Assembly (NCBI GenBank): GCA_963676395.1
Contig: OY781066.1
Location: 1,952,001-2,016,000 of the forward strand
DNA from: a bacterium
GTDB taxonomy: Bacteria > Fidelibacterota > Fidelibacteria > Fidelibacterales > Fidelibacteraceae
Length of the DNA stretch: 64,000 nucleotides
Reading direction: 5' to 3'
In this document: positions 19,962 through 30,479 of the stretch, in pieces
Layout: every line of letters starts with the position of its first letter
Numbering within the stretch: the first letter of the stretch is position 1
Program-made: the position numbers and the translations under genes
Notes under the pieces: generated by a model
The model's database searches: none
Told to the model about the DNA's origin: nothing
The model's input: only the letters and a program-made list of their open reading frames with translations

Positions 19962-22265
19962 ATGACAAGTAATGAGAAAATCGGATATACAAATCCGGGT
20001 TATCTGAATACTATGTTAGGTAGATTATTTTCAAATCTACCCGGATTTGCATATCGCTGTATTTATGATGAATATTGGACAATGGAATTTATGAGTGCGG
20101 GATGTTATTCCGTAACCGGTTATAAACCCGAAGAGATAATACTGAATAATAAAAGCAGTTATCTTGAATTAATCTATCCGCAAGATAGAAAAAAAGTACG
20201 TTCAAATGTTGAAAAAGGTTATTCTCAAAATAAACAGTTTAGTATAGAATATAGAATCAGGCATAAAAGCGGAGATATCATTTGGGTATGGGAAAGAGGT
20301 ATCTGTATAACAGACGAAGATGAAAATTTAACACATATCGAAGGTTATGTAAGTGATATAACAGCTAGAAAAGAAAACGAGCTCGAACTTCAAGAAAGAA
20401 AGAAGATATATCAGGATCTAGTTGAACTCTCTCCTGATGGTATTATTATCGTTGACATTAAGGGCAGGATATACAATGTAAATAAAGCATTTTGTGATAT
20501 GAGTGGGTATAAATCTGAAGATTTTATTGATAAGAGCATTTTTAAAATACCTACTATGATCCGAAGTAAGAAGGTGATGTATAAAAGCATTGTTAAAGCA
20601 GTGTTTTCGGGTAAAAAAAATAATGATATCCATTTTCAATTTAAAGATATTAAAGGGAATATTAAGCTTGCAGAGGCAAGAAATAGCAGAATTATTATTA
20701 AAGGGAAGATGATGATCATGGGAATCATTCGTGATATTACAGATCAGGATGATGAGCGACGTTTATTGATTAACAGTAAGATGAAGACTGAAGCACTTTT
20801 AAATGCTTCTCCGGATATGATGTTTGTTTTTGATCGTAATGGTAAAATCTTAGACTACAAGGCAGATCCAAAAAATCTATTCTATCGGGATAGGAATCTT
20901 ATTTCAATGCATATTTCTGATATTTTACCCAAAAATATCGTCAGTAAAACCATGAGGAAAATTAATAACACTCTTGATACCGGGAAAATGAATGAGCTTA
21001 CATATGAGCTTGATCTTCCAGAAACAGGGAAGAAATATTTTGAATCAAGGATAGTAAAAAGCGGACATAATCAAGTGACGGCCATTATCCGAGATATAAC
21101 TAAAAGAAAAAATATGGAATTAAAGCTTATCGAAGCAAAAGAGGATGCAGAGGAAGGGAATAGATTGAAATCGGCATTTCTTGCAAACATGAATCATGAG
21201 ATCAGAACGCCAATGAATGCCATTATGGGTTTTTCCAGCTTATTAAAGAATACAGAGGATAAAGAAAAAAGAGATAAGTATTTAGATCTTTTAAACACGT
21301 CTTCAAACTATTTATTACACTTAATTGATGATGTGATCCTGTATTCGCGATTGCAGAGTGAAAAAATATCTATAGAAGAGAAAAGTATTGACCTGGAAAT
21401 TCTGCTGGACGATCTGTATAGGACGGTAAGAGATTCAGAGGAATTAAAAAATCTATCACTAGAGTTGACAATTCCTAAAGAGTGTAGAAAGTTAAATTTT
21501 CTTGGAGATAGGGAAAAGATATGGGAAGTCTTGAATATTTTTATCAACAATGCTATGAAATATACTGATTCTGGCTTTGTAAGGATAGGTGCCATTAAAG
21601 ATGAGGATATGATAAGAATTTATGTTCAGGATAGTGGTTGTGGTATTCCTGAAAAAGATCATAAAAAAGTATTTCAGAGATTTTATCGTTCAAGTTTAGT
21701 GGTTGAAAATAGTATAAATGGAACGGGATTAGGTCTTTCTATCGCTAGCGAATTGGCAAAGATCATGGGTGCTGAGATAGGTTTTAAATCCACCTTGGGA
21801 GAAGGTAGTTTGTTCTATATAGATCTAAAATACCTCAGAGCTAATGATATGAAGTCAGAGAAAGCTATAAATAATATTGAGCCCTTAAGTATATCTGATA
21901 TGAAAGTATTAGTTGCTGAGGACGATGCCCCCAGTATACTATACTTAAAAGAGATCCTCCGGAAAATGGTAAAAGAGATAGATCATGCTCCGAATGGCCA
22001 GGTAGCTGTTGATATGGTGAAAAAAAATACTTATGACTGTATTTTAATGGATGTAAAGATGCCTGTGATGGATGGTATTGAAGCAACAAAACTAATAAAA
22101 GCGAGTTATCCAAAACTTCCTGTGATAATACAAACTGCATTTACACAAGCTGAAGATAAAAAAAGAGCAATGAACTCAGGTGCTGATGCGTATATTTCAA
22201 AGCCAATTGATGCCAAACATTTAGAAGAATTAATCTCTAGCTTTCTTGAAACCAGTGAGACTTAA
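19962..22265 (+). CDS. Cytoplasmic PAS-domain hybrid sensor histidine kinase/response regulator
   Basis: Three PAS/PAC domains; FLANMNHEIRTPMN H-box; N, G1 and GTGLGL boxes; REC with LMDVKMPVMDG. Alternative TTG start at 19950. Confidence 0.93.
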   Translation: MTSNEKIGYTNPGYLNTMLGRLFSNLPGFAYRCIYDEYWTMEFMSAGCYSVTGYKPEEIILNNKSSYLELIYPQDRKKVRSNVEKGYSQNKQFSIEYRIRHKSGDIIWVWERGICITDEDENLTHIEGYVSDITARKENELELQERKKIYQDLVELSPDGIIIVDIKGRIYNVNKAFCDMSGYKSEDFIDKSIFKIPTMIRSKKVMYKSIVKAVFSGKKNNDIHFQFKDIKGNIKLAEARNSRIIIKGKMMIMGIIRDITDQDDERRLLINSKMKTEALLNASPDMMFVFDRNGKILDYKADPKNLFYRDRNLISMHISDILPKNIVSKTMRKINNTLDTGKMNELTYELDLPETGKKYFESRIVKSGHNQVTAIIRDITKRKNMELKLIEAKEDAEEGNRLKSAFLANMNHEIRTPMNAIMGFSSLLKNTEDKEKRDKYLDLLNTSSNYLLHLIDDVILYSRLQSEKISIEEKSIDLEILLDDLYRTVRDSEELKNLSLELTIPKECRKLNFLGDREKIWEVLNIFINNAMKYTDSGFVRIGAIKDEDMIRIYVQDSGCGIPEKDHKKVFQRFYRSSLVVENSINGTGLGLSIASELAKIMGAEIGFKSTLGEGSLFYIDLKYLRANDMKSEKAINNIEPLSISDMKVLVAEDDAPSILYLKEILRKMVKEIDHAPNGQVAVDMVKKNTYDCILMDVKMPVMDGIEATKLIKASYPKLPVIIQTAFTQAEDKKRAMNSGADAYISKPIDAKHLEELISSFLETSET

Positions 22266-23512
22266 TTACCCGAAGCGTGACTCCCGGCAACATATCCGGA
22301 TGACCAAGCAATTTGTAGATTGTACCCTCCGGTTGCAGCATCTAAATTTAATACTTCACCTGCAAAATATAAGCCGGAGATTATTTTACTTTCCAAACTT
22401 GAGGGATTCACTTCTTTAAGTTCAATTCCACCGGAAGTAATAATTGCGTCATTCCAGCCGGTATTACCTGTAATTTTAAAACGCATTTCTTTTAATGCTT
22501 TATGCATTACATTTCTTTCTTTGCTGGATATTTGATTGCAATATTTTTCTGGATCTAATTCGGCATATTCGCAGAATGGATACAACATTTTTAAAGGAAG
22601 CAGATTTTTAAGCATGCTCTTTAGTTTTGATTTACCATGAAAATCCAGTTCTCTTCTCAAACGTGCATCAAGTTTCTCGATACTCAATGCAGGTTTAAGA
22701 TCAATTGTGATTTCTAAAAATTGATTATTACGCATCGCAATAACAACATCTCGACTTAGATCAAGAATGATAGGTCCGGATAGGCCATAGTGGGTAAACA
22801 ACATTTCACCAAATTTGCTACGGACTTTTTTATTATCTGCCCAAATGGTTGCTTGAACATTTTTTAATGATACTCCTTGCAAATTTTCTGCAAGTGAGCC
22901 TTCAGTTTCCAAAGGAACTAATGCCGGTAAGGTTGCTGTGACCTTGTGTCCCAGTTCCCGTGCCATTCTATAGCCGTCGCCGGTACTTCCAGTAGAGGGA
23001 TAAGAGCGTCCACCTGTAGCAAGAATAACTTTGTCGGCGCTAAAAGAAGCACCGGTATCTAGTGTAACTCCTTTAACGATGTTATTTTCAACAAGGATCT
23101 TTTTTACTCGACGATCATATTTTATGTCTACACCTTTACTTTCATTCCATTTGCTAAGAGCCGTCACAACATCCATAGATTTTTGAGATTCGGGGAAAAC
23201 TCTGCGACCGCGTTCCTCAATGGTTGGAACATTAAGTGCATGAAAAAACTGAAGCGTTTCACTCACAAAAAAGCGCGAGAACATCGGGCGACAGAACTTT
23301 GGCATAGGAAAGATCTGTTTCATGTAGTGTTGTATGTCGGAGTTGCTGGTAATGTTACAGCGCCCCTTGCCGGTGATAAGCAGTTTACGACCCGCTCGTT
23401 TCATGGAGTCTAGAAGCAATACTTTTGCTCCTTGCTCAGCTGCCGTACCTGCAGCCATTAAACCGGCGGCACCTGCACCGATTACGATGATGTTATATTG
23501 TGATTTGTCCAT
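22262..23512 (-). CDS. HI0933/BaiN-family NAD(P)/FAD-dependent oxidoreductase
   Basis: GAGAAG, KLLITGKGRCNIT, LFTHYGLSGP, TGGYNLQIAWSSG. Confidence 0.93.
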   Translation of the reverse strand: MDKSQYNIIVIGAGAAGLMAAGTAAEQGAKVLLLDSMKRAGRKLLITGKGRCNITSNSDIQHYMKQIFPMPKFCRPMFSRFFVSETLQFFHALNVPTIEERGRRVFPESQKSMDVVTALSKWNESKGVDIKYDRRVKKILVENNIVKGVTLDTGASFSADKVILATGGRSYPSTGSTGDGYRMARELGHKVTATLPALVPLETEGSLAENLQGVSLKNVQATIWADNKKVRSKFGEMLFTHYGLSGPIILDLSRDVVIAMRNNQFLEITIDLKPALSIEKLDARLRRELDFHGKSKLKSMLKNLLPLKMLYPFCEYAELDPEKYCNQISSKERNVMHKALKEMRFKITGNTGWNDAIITSGGIELKEVNPSSLESKIISGLYFAGEVLNLDAATGGYNLQIAWSSGYVAGSHASGN

Positions 23513-23542
23513 GGGATAAAGATAAGCATTGAAATTGCATTA

Positions 23543-23575
23543 ATCAATAGCCTTGGGTTTAAATACAAGAATTGA
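23543..23575. repeat. REP-like palindrome family A, copy 4 (right arm degenerate)
   Basis: atcaatagccttgggtttaaatacaagaattga. Confidence 0.6.
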
Positions 23576-23668
23576 ATTAGTCACTTCCCCTCGATCTCTA
23601 CTAGCGATTACAGCAAGTTCTAAAGTTGGTTTGTCCAGGAAAAGAATTTGCGGTTTAGCTATTAAACC

Positions 23669-23708
23669 AACCGACTCGGTTCAACCTCGACTCAACCGAC
23701 TCGGTTGA
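23669..23708. promoter_or_regulatory. Two copies of palindrome AACCGA-C-TCGGTT, candidate operator
   Basis: Copies at 23669-23681 and 23692-23708 (tcaaccgactcggttga), between the divergent oxidoreductase and TetR genes. Confidence 0.45.
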
Positions 23709-23770
23709 AAATAAACCCTTACTAATACCCTGGAAGTAAAATAAAATAGTAATAAAAGCTTATGAAATTC

Positions 23771-23799
23771 TTGACATATCCTCAAATAGTAAGTAATCT
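23771..23799 (+). promoter_or_regulatory. Sigma70-type promoter of the TetR gene
   Basis: TTGACA-17 bp-TAATCT; implies the true start lies downstream of the ORF-track start at 23762. Confidence 0.55.
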
Positions 23800-23848
23800 T
23801 ATTACGAAAAACAGAATTGAAGATGAAAATCGTAAGGGAATGGATGCT

Positions 23849-24451
23849 ATGGCAAAGAATGCTAGGAATTTACTGAAAGAGTCAACTTGGGAACTGGTGC
23901 TAAAACAAGGATTTAAAGCTACCAAAGTACAGGATATTTGCGCCGATGCAGGTGTAAGTAAAATGACTTTTTATTACTACTATAAAAATAAATATGATAT
24001 CATTGAAGAGGTATTGACTGACTTTTTTGAAAATTCAATTAATATTTCAAAAGAGATTATGGCTAAAGAGGTGCCGTTTAAAGATAAAATGATGGAATTG
24101 GTTCATTGGAAGGCAAAATTTGTCAAGCTAATGAGTCCGAAATTTGTTGAAGAACTTTACCTTAGTGGTGGCAGATATATGGAGATAGCAAAGAAAGTGA
24201 TATCTGATGTACAGAATATGACTCGTCAATTCTATCTCGAAGGAAAGGCAAAAGGTGAGATTAACAGAACGGTTGATGTTGAAGTAATCATTTCATGGAT
24301 GAACCTTGTTTCGGATATGATCGTTAATGGTCAATTTAATCATCTATTTGAAGATCCTAAGGAAATGAACAGGCAAATCAGAGATTTGATCTTATATGGG
24401 GTGTTAGGAAATGTCAATGAAGTAGATTATCACGATCTTACTATGTTTTAG
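23849..24451 (+). CDS. TetR/AcrR family transcriptional regulator
   Basis: GFKATKVQDICADAGVSKMTFYYYYKNK HTH; ATG 23849 follows aaggga (alternatives 23840, 23762). Confidence 0.92.
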   Translation: MAKNARNLLKESTWELVLKQGFKATKVQDICADAGVSKMTFYYYYKNKYDIIEEVLTDFFENSINISKEIMAKEVPFKDKMMELVHWKAKFVKLMSPKFVEELYLSGGRYMEIAKKVISDVQNMTRQFYLEGKAKGEINRTVDVEVIISWMNLVSDMIVNGQFNHLFEDPKEMNRQIRDLILYGVLGNVNEVDYHDLTMF

Positions 24452-24874
24452 TATCGCAGATTTTAATTATTTCATTCATAGCCTAGATGAACACTTCTTG
24501 ACTTATCGTGCATGGGGGTGTTTTGCAGGTAATCAATTTGAATTTCGAGTATTCTTGTAATAGGGTTAGCTTTGATAATGCTCAGTTTCTATGCGCTTTA
24601 GGGATTTACTGCGATTAAGCTCCGGTGTGTCCGTAGAGCGTTTTTATACGGGTATTACAGTTAGTTGGTTTTTTTCTAATTAAGTTAAACCATTCTTTAG
24701 GAAATTTTATGTATAGGACTTGCAAATAGCGATTATTAATCCTTAAATATCAACATTGCTTTAATTAACACTCAAGAAACACTTAATACCTTTGGATCAC
24801 TTTTATTCTATACTAGTTTCCTGTATTAATCAGGGAATATGCTACACAAAATTGAGTAAAACAGGAGGAATGTG

Positions 24875-25384
24875 ATGAGTAGAGAGAAAGCAATCAAAGT
24901 GATGGCGGTTTTGTTATTTACATTTGTTGTTTTTTGTAATCTAATGGCAAAAACACCGGTAATACAAGGAGCAAGTATTGTGAGAAAACCCTCAGTATCC
25001 AAATCCGCAAAATTATATATTCAACCACAGATAGGAATGGGTTATAGCTTACAACGCGGTTCTTCAATTGCTATACTAGGGTCATATGTTGGCATGGAAA
25101 TTAACAAATTTAGAATTGGTTTCTCCGGGGCAATCGGAGCCTCAATGAATTATTTTGGTGTGCAACTTGAAAAGATGATCACATTATCTTCCAAAGAATC
25201 TCTCACTATAAGAGTCGGGAATTTTGGTAGATTATCTTCTAATATCGGTTTTTTATATGAGAATCGTGAAGGGAATGTCAGTTTTATCTTTGGTCCTGAA
25301 ATATGCACAAAAGATATTGTTACAATGGGTGTGAAAGATATTAGTTTTGCAGCGACAGTAGGCTTGGGGTTTAAGGGTAAGTAA
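24875..25384 (+). CDS. Hypothetical small outer-membrane beta-barrel protein (paralog of next gene)
   Basis: RBS aggagg; signal peptide; amphipathic strands ending VGLGF; aligns with 25634..26197. Confidence 0.7.
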   Translation: MSREKAIKVMAVLLFTFVVFCNLMAKTPVIQGASIVRKPSVSKSAKLYIQPQIGMGYSLQRGSSIAILGSYVGMEINKFRIGFSGAIGASMNYFGVQLEKMITLSSKESLTIRVGNFGRLSSNIGFLYENREGNVSFIFGPEICTKDIVTMGVKDISFAATVGLGFKGK

Positions 25385-25412
25385 TTATCCATAGTATTAA
25401 TAAATGAAAATT

Positions 25413-25446
25413 GTAAGGAATGGTCGCGATCGTTCCTTATTTTTTT
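25413..25446 (+). terminator. Hairpin/terminator (REP-like family B)
   Basis: gtaaggaatggtcgcgatcgttccttat plus T run; near-identical to the hairpin at 1870. Confidence 0.65.
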
Positions 25447-25633
25447 AATATGATAAAACCTTCTTTGTGGTATTATTTAAAATTCTTTGTAATCTCCATA
25501 ATATATTTTTAGTTTATATATGTAGAAAAATTGATACGATGTGAATGTGGGTTGCCTTGTGTTGTTAAACAGCAAAGACATCTCGGTTTGTTATAGGCAC
25601 GAAATAGTGGTGAAGTGAACGTGAGGTTAATTA

Positions 25634-26197
25634 ATGTATCCGGTTAACAATGTCAAAAAAATTGTATTATTGATGGTGCTTTGTTTGGGGTTTGTTTTTG
25701 CCGATGGTATCAATATTTCTTCGATTCGGAATACAGACATAGGAACTTTATTAAAAAGTGAAAAAGTATATTACGGAAATCCAAAGAAGAATCGGGGATT
25801 TCTTGAAGAATTGGATATTTATATTCAACCTCAAGTTGGTTGGGGATGCAATATAACTCAAGGTCAACACTCCATTATTATGCTTGGGGCTTATAGTGCC
25901 TTAGAATATAAATTTTTAAGATTGGGATTTAGCGGAAATATCGGGTCTTCAATAAAGTATTATGGCGTTCAAGCCGAGGCAATTATCCCACTAATTTCAA
26001 TGCATAGTTTAGTTCTTCGCGCCGGGAACTGGGGACGGAAGTCATCCAATGTCGGAATTTTTTATGAAGCGAGAGTAGAAAATATTTCTGCTTTAATAGG
26101 AGTTGAATTTTGTACCGATGATATTGTTCTTTTCGATGATTACTCATATATGTTTACCATTGGAATGGGAATTATTTTGGATGATATGAATTATTAG
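25634..26197 (+). CDS. Hypothetical small outer-membrane beta-barrel protein (paralog of previous gene)
   Basis: Signal peptide; shares YIQPQ.G.G, GFSG.IG.S, GN.GR.SSN.G..YE and E.CT.DIV with 24875..25384. Confidence 0.7.
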   Translation: MYPVNNVKKIVLLMVLCLGFVFADGINISSIRNTDIGTLLKSEKVYYGNPKKNRGFLEELDIYIQPQVGWGCNITQGQHSIIMLGAYSALEYKFLRLGFSGNIGSSIKYYGVQAEAIIPLISMHSLVLRAGNWGRKSSNVGIFYEARVENISALIGVEFCTDDIVLFDDYSYMFTIGMGIILDDMNY

Positions 26198-26232
26198 TTG
26201 TGAGACGAAAACCGCAAGGCGGAAGTAGAATT

Positions 26233-26255
26233 GGCGAGCTAAGGTTCGCCTTTTT
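26233..26255 (+). terminator. Rho-independent terminator
   Basis: ggcgagc-taag-gttcgcc-ttttt. Confidence 0.65.
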
Positions 26256-26373
26256 ATTTATGAGGAATTATTATGGATATAAGTTTGTTGTGTGGGATTA
26301 AATCCATCTATGGTTTACAATGCTTATTCATTAATCTGTTTACATCCAGTTCTTCACAACAGGCTTTCAACTT

Positions 26374-27324
26374 TCAATCCCTAAGCTTTGACTTTTGACC
26401 TTTTTTTACTTGCGTTAACAAGATCGCTCCCATTATAAGCGTCGCCCCTAAAATTTGACGTCCGCTCATGCTTTCTTGCAATATTAACCAGCCACCTATG
26501 GCACCAAATACGCTCTCGGTTGATAGTATTAATGAGGCATAAGCCGGGTTGGCTTTTCGTAAGGCAATAACGTGTAAGGTATAGGCAATGCCGACCGAAC
26601 CGATACCGCCATATAAGATGGCAGGAAGAGCTTGGCGGACGGGGAGAGTGTAAGAAGAGAGAGTTGATGGGTTGATGAAAGGAGAATGTTCGGTGAATAA
26701 TGCGACGATGAATGATAAAACTGCACATACTACGAATTGCCAGATTGAAAGTCTAATAGCTCCAACCTTTGAGGAATAATGTGATATGAGTAAAAAGTGA
26801 ATAGCCCAGAATATGGCACATGCGATCATATAGATATCGCCGGTCTCCATACGAAAATTGTTGTTGATAGACATGAAATACAATCCCACCAGCGCGATCA
26901 TAATAGCAATCCACACGATCTTACGTGTTCTATGACCAATAACTAAGCCGAATATTGGCACCAATATCATATATAAGGCTGTAATGAAACTTGCTTTCCC
27001 TGCCGTGGTGGTTACTAAACCTACTTGCTGAGCATTCACACCCAAAAACAAAAATACACCAACAATTATACCGGCAAATATTACAGTTTTACGCTCAACT
27101 TGGTACTCATTATTTGGTTTTCCCTTGACCTTTATCTTGATCTCGATTTTTCTTGTGGTAAAATAAATCGGTAATAGGCACAAAGCACCAATGAAAAATC
27201 TTATGGAGGTGTAGTAAAAGGGACCAATATAATTCATTCCATCACGTTGCGCAACGAAACCAAGTCCCCAAAGTATGGCCGCAATGACCAACATAATATC
27301 GGTTTGTAGTTCTTTTTTATTCAT
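26374..27324 (-). CDS. DMT/EamA family transporter
   Basis: ILWGLGFVAQR, TTAGKASFITALY, ASLILSTESVFGA; start MNKKEL at 27324 preferred over 27393. Confidence 0.93.
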   Translation of the reverse strand: MNKKELQTDIMLVIAAILWGLGFVAQRDGMNYIGPFYYTSIRFFIGALCLLPIYFTTRKIEIKIKVKGKPNNEYQVERKTVIFAGIIVGVFLFLGVNAQQVGLVTTTAGKASFITALYMILVPIFGLVIGHRTRKIVWIAIMIALVGLYFMSINNNFRMETGDIYMIACAIFWAIHFLLISHYSSKVGAIRLSIWQFVVCAVLSFIVALFTEHSPFINPSTLSSYTLPVRQALPAILYGGIGSVGIAYTLHVIALRKANPAYASLILSTESVFGAIGGWLILQESMSGRQILGATLIMGAILLTQVKKGQKSKLRD

Positions 27325-27821
27325 CGCTGAAAAGTAATACAACAAGTTAGAAGGAAAAAGTAAAAAGGAATAAGCAAGGAAGAACTCACACAAAGACGCA
27401 AAGCTGAAGAAAAAATATATTCATTCTTCTCCCGTTGCAGCGGGAGAGGAATAAGCTACTTATAATCAGCTAAGAACCCTTGAGTATGGAGATTTTAATT
27501 TTAAATAACCCCGATATGGATGATACTTCAAGGTCATTTCTTATGAAACAGATCAAATAACTTTGTACACTCGTAAATTTTGTTGGAAGAGTATAAATCT
27601 ATTTTGATGATTTTCTTATAAAAAACTCTAAATGTTAGTTGACATTATAAACTAAATAGCCCTAACTTTAAGTGTTATTTGAGTTGGGTTAATAGGTAGT
27701 GGGATAATTGATTCAAGTGGCTGTAACTAAGGAAATTTGAGACGAATAAACTAACGCTTTTTAAAGCGTTTTCGTGTTTATGACAATATTTTTTTAAATT
27801 AGAATAAATAAGGTAGGGAAA

Positions 27822-29615
27822 ATGTTAAACAACAAAAATATCGTGATCGGGATTGCAGGATCCGGTGGCGATGGTGTGATCTCGGCCGGTGAGATCCTTG
27901 TGAATGCGGCTTCCAGTGAGGGACTCTATGTCTTTATGCTGAAAAGCTTTGGTCCACAGATCCGTGGTGGCGAGAGTTCCGTAAGAGTACGGATCTCTGA
28001 TATGCCCGTTCAAGCTCAAGGTGACAAGATTGATATCCTGGTTGTTTTGAGTTGGAAGAATTTCATGCGCTTCAAAGAAGAGTTGATTCTTGAAGAAAAG
28101 GTAATGATCGTTTCTGACTTTGATGATCCTATGGCGGATGAAGATGTTCCTTTAACCGAAGAACAGCGTGAGTTTTGGTATAAAGTACCATTTGCAAAAT
28201 TGGCGGAAGAAACCACCGGAGGGACACTATCTAAGAATATCGTGATGTTGGGCGCCATCTCTGAGTTATTCTCTCTCCCTAAAGATGCTTTAGAAAAATC
28301 AATTAAGAAAAAATTTAAACATAAAGATCAGTCTGTCATCGATACAAATATTGGTGCTCTCAAGGCCGGTCTCAACTATGTAACCGAAAATGTAAAAAAA
28401 ATCGATCCGCTGACTTTTGAATATGAACCCCGTGAACCTCGCTTGGTAATGCAGGGTAATGAAGCGGTTGCTTTAGGTGCTATGTATGCCGGCTTAGACT
28501 ATTATGCGGGCTATCCTATTACACCATCGACTGAGATCATGGAATGGATATCAAAGTATCTCCCTCAAAAGGGTGGTGTGGCAATGCAAATGGAAGATGA
28601 ATTGGCTTCCATTAATGCCATTATCGGCGCTTCTTTTGCGGGTAAAAAATCAATGACTGCTACATCGGGTCCTGGTATTTCTTTGATGAATGAAGCTTTG
28701 GGACTTGCTTCTATTGCCGAGCTTCCGGTTGTGGTTGTAAACGTACAGCGCGGTGGACCTTCTACCGGTTTACCGACTAAAACAGAACAAGCTGATCTAA
28801 TGCAGGCTATTTGGGGGTCACATGGTGACTCGCCACGCGTAGTGATCGCACCTTCGGATGTCGAAGATTGCTTTGATTGTACGGTACTTGCCTTTTACAT
28901 TGCTGAAAAATATCAAATGCCGGTATTGATCCTAAGCGATCAGTTTATCGGACATCGAAAAGAATCAATTAATCCTGAATCTATTGCTTCTGAAACCAAA
29001 GGTTTTCGTAAGATTTATAATCGTTTGACACCGACTGAAGAAGAATTAGAAGATTACAAACGCTTTAAATATACCGAAAACGGTGTTTCACCTGTGACTT
29101 ATCCGGGTATTAAAGGCGGACAGTATCTTGGTTCCGGTATTGAACATGGTGAAGATGGGTATCCTAAGCAAGATGTAAAAACTCATCGTGATATGACCGA
29201 GAAACGTTGGAAGAAGTTTGATCATATTAAACATGAGTTTCGTTTTGAACGTAATTATGGCGATAAAAATGCAAAGCTGGGAATAATCGCTTGGGGCTCT
29301 ACAAAAGGTGCGGTTAAAGAAGCTGTTTATAAAGCAAATGCACAAGGTATTCCCGTAGAAGCCATTATCCCTCAGTTAATCTTTCCTTTCTTGATAGAGC
29401 CTTTTAAAGAATTTATTGAAAATAAGGATATGGTGATCATTCCTGAATTATCATATGCCGGTCAGTTTCGCCGCTATTTGAGAGGTTTCTTGAGATTTTC
29501 TCAATATGGATGTAAGGTTGAACCTTTCCGCAAAACAGGTGGTGCACCTTTCATGGTAACAGAAATTTTAGATAAGATCAAAGAAGAATGGGAAAAACTG
29601 GAGGCGCAAAAATGA
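27822..29615 (+). CDS. korA: 2-oxoacid:ferredoxin oxidoreductase subunit alpha (fused gamma-alpha)
   Basis: GSGGDGV, SFGPQIRGGES, YAGYPITPSTEI, TATSGPG, QRGGPSTGLPTK. Substrate not established. Confidence 0.9.
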   Translation: MLNNKNIVIGIAGSGGDGVISAGEILVNAASSEGLYVFMLKSFGPQIRGGESSVRVRISDMPVQAQGDKIDILVVLSWKNFMRFKEELILEEKVMIVSDFDDPMADEDVPLTEEQREFWYKVPFAKLAEETTGGTLSKNIVMLGAISELFSLPKDALEKSIKKKFKHKDQSVIDTNIGALKAGLNYVTENVKKIDPLTFEYEPREPRLVMQGNEAVALGAMYAGLDYYAGYPITPSTEIMEWISKYLPQKGGVAMQMEDELASINAIIGASFAGKKSMTATSGPGISLMNEALGLASIAELPVVVVNVQRGGPSTGLPTKTEQADLMQAIWGSHGDSPRVVIAPSDVEDCFDCTVLAFYIAEKYQMPVLILSDQFIGHRKESINPESIASETKGFRKIYNRLTPTEEELEDYKRFKYTENGVSPVTYPGIKGGQYLGSGIEHGEDGYPKQDVKTHRDMTEKRWKKFDHIKHEFRFERNYGDKNAKLGIIAWGSTKGAVKEAVYKANAQGIPVEAIIPQLIFPFLIEPFKEFIENKDMVIIPELSYAGQFRRYLRGFLRFSQYGCKVEPFRKTGGAPFMVTEILDKIKEEWEKLEAQK

Positions 29616-30478
29616 GCGAAGCCTTGAAAACAAACGATTATAGAAGTCAATTAAAACCCATTTGGTGTCCAGGTTGTGGAGACTTTGGTTTTTTAAATTC
29701 CCTGGCTAAAACATTTGCAGAAATGCAATTGGCACCTGAAAATACTGCAGTTTGCTCCGGTATTGGTTGTTCTTCACGTTTGCCCGGTTATATGAATACA
29801 TATTCTTTTAATGGCGTTCACGGGCGAGTTTTACCATTCGCTACAGGCGTTAAAATGGCAAGCCAGGAAACGACCGTTATTGCTGTTGGTGGTGATGGAG
29901 ATGGCTTTTCCATCGGTGCCGGTCATATCGGTCATGCTGCTCGTAAAAATATTGATATTACGTACTTTGTTTTGGATAACAATATTTATGGTTTGACAAA
30001 AGGGCAGGCATCTCCGACTACACCTCAGGGTGTTCGTACAAAAACAACTTACTACGGAAATATGGGGACAACCTTGAATCCAGTGAGAATGTTGATCGCC
30101 TACAATTCATCATTTGTAGCGCGTACTTTCAGCGGAGATCCGAAACATTGCCAGGCAACTATTAAGGCAGCGATCGAACACAAAGGTTTTTCTTTTGTAG
30201 AAGTGCTGTCTCCTTGCGTTACTTTCCGCGGTAAAGATCAATTTAAATTGATCCGTGAAAATGTATCTTACCTCGAAGATGATTATGATCCTACAGATGA
30301 AGTTGCAGCTTTTGATATGGCTAACCATGAAGATAAAATCGCTTTGGGTATTATCTATAAAAAACCACGTCCCACTTATGGTGAGATCGTGGAAGAAAAG
30401 GTCAATAAAAAAGCTCGAGCTGCTTGTACAAGTGATCCTAAGCATATTGATAATCTCTTAGCTATGTTTAGACCTTAA
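29612..30478 (+). CDS. korB: 2-oxoacid:ferredoxin oxidoreductase subunit beta
   Basis: WCPGCG, SGIGCSS, GGDGDG TPP motif, NNIYGLTKGQASPT; ATGA overlap with the alpha stop. Confidence 0.9.
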   Translation: MSEALKTNDYRSQLKPIWCPGCGDFGFLNSLAKTFAEMQLAPENTAVCSGIGCSSRLPGYMNTYSFNGVHGRVLPFATGVKMASQETTVIAVGGDGDGFSIGAGHIGHAARKNIDITYFVLDNNIYGLTKGQASPTTPQGVRTKTTYYGNMGTTLNPVRMLIAYNSSFVARTFSGDPKHCQATIKAAIEHKGFSFVEVLSPCVTFRGKDQFKLIRENVSYLEDDYDPTDEVAAFDMANHEDKIALGIIYKKPRPTYGEIVEEKVNKKARAACTSDPKHIDNLLAMFRP

Positions 30479-30479
30479 T

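Noticed and set aside
23669..23708. Resemblance of ACCGAGTCGGT (minus strand) to the terminal hairpin of Cas9 tracrRNA
   Set aside because: No anti-repeat, array or cas gene; short coincidental match.
24452..24871. Possible riboswitch or ncRNA in the long intergenic region after tetR
   Set aside because: I could not match a known consensus or a convincing structure by eye; an Rfam search would settle it.
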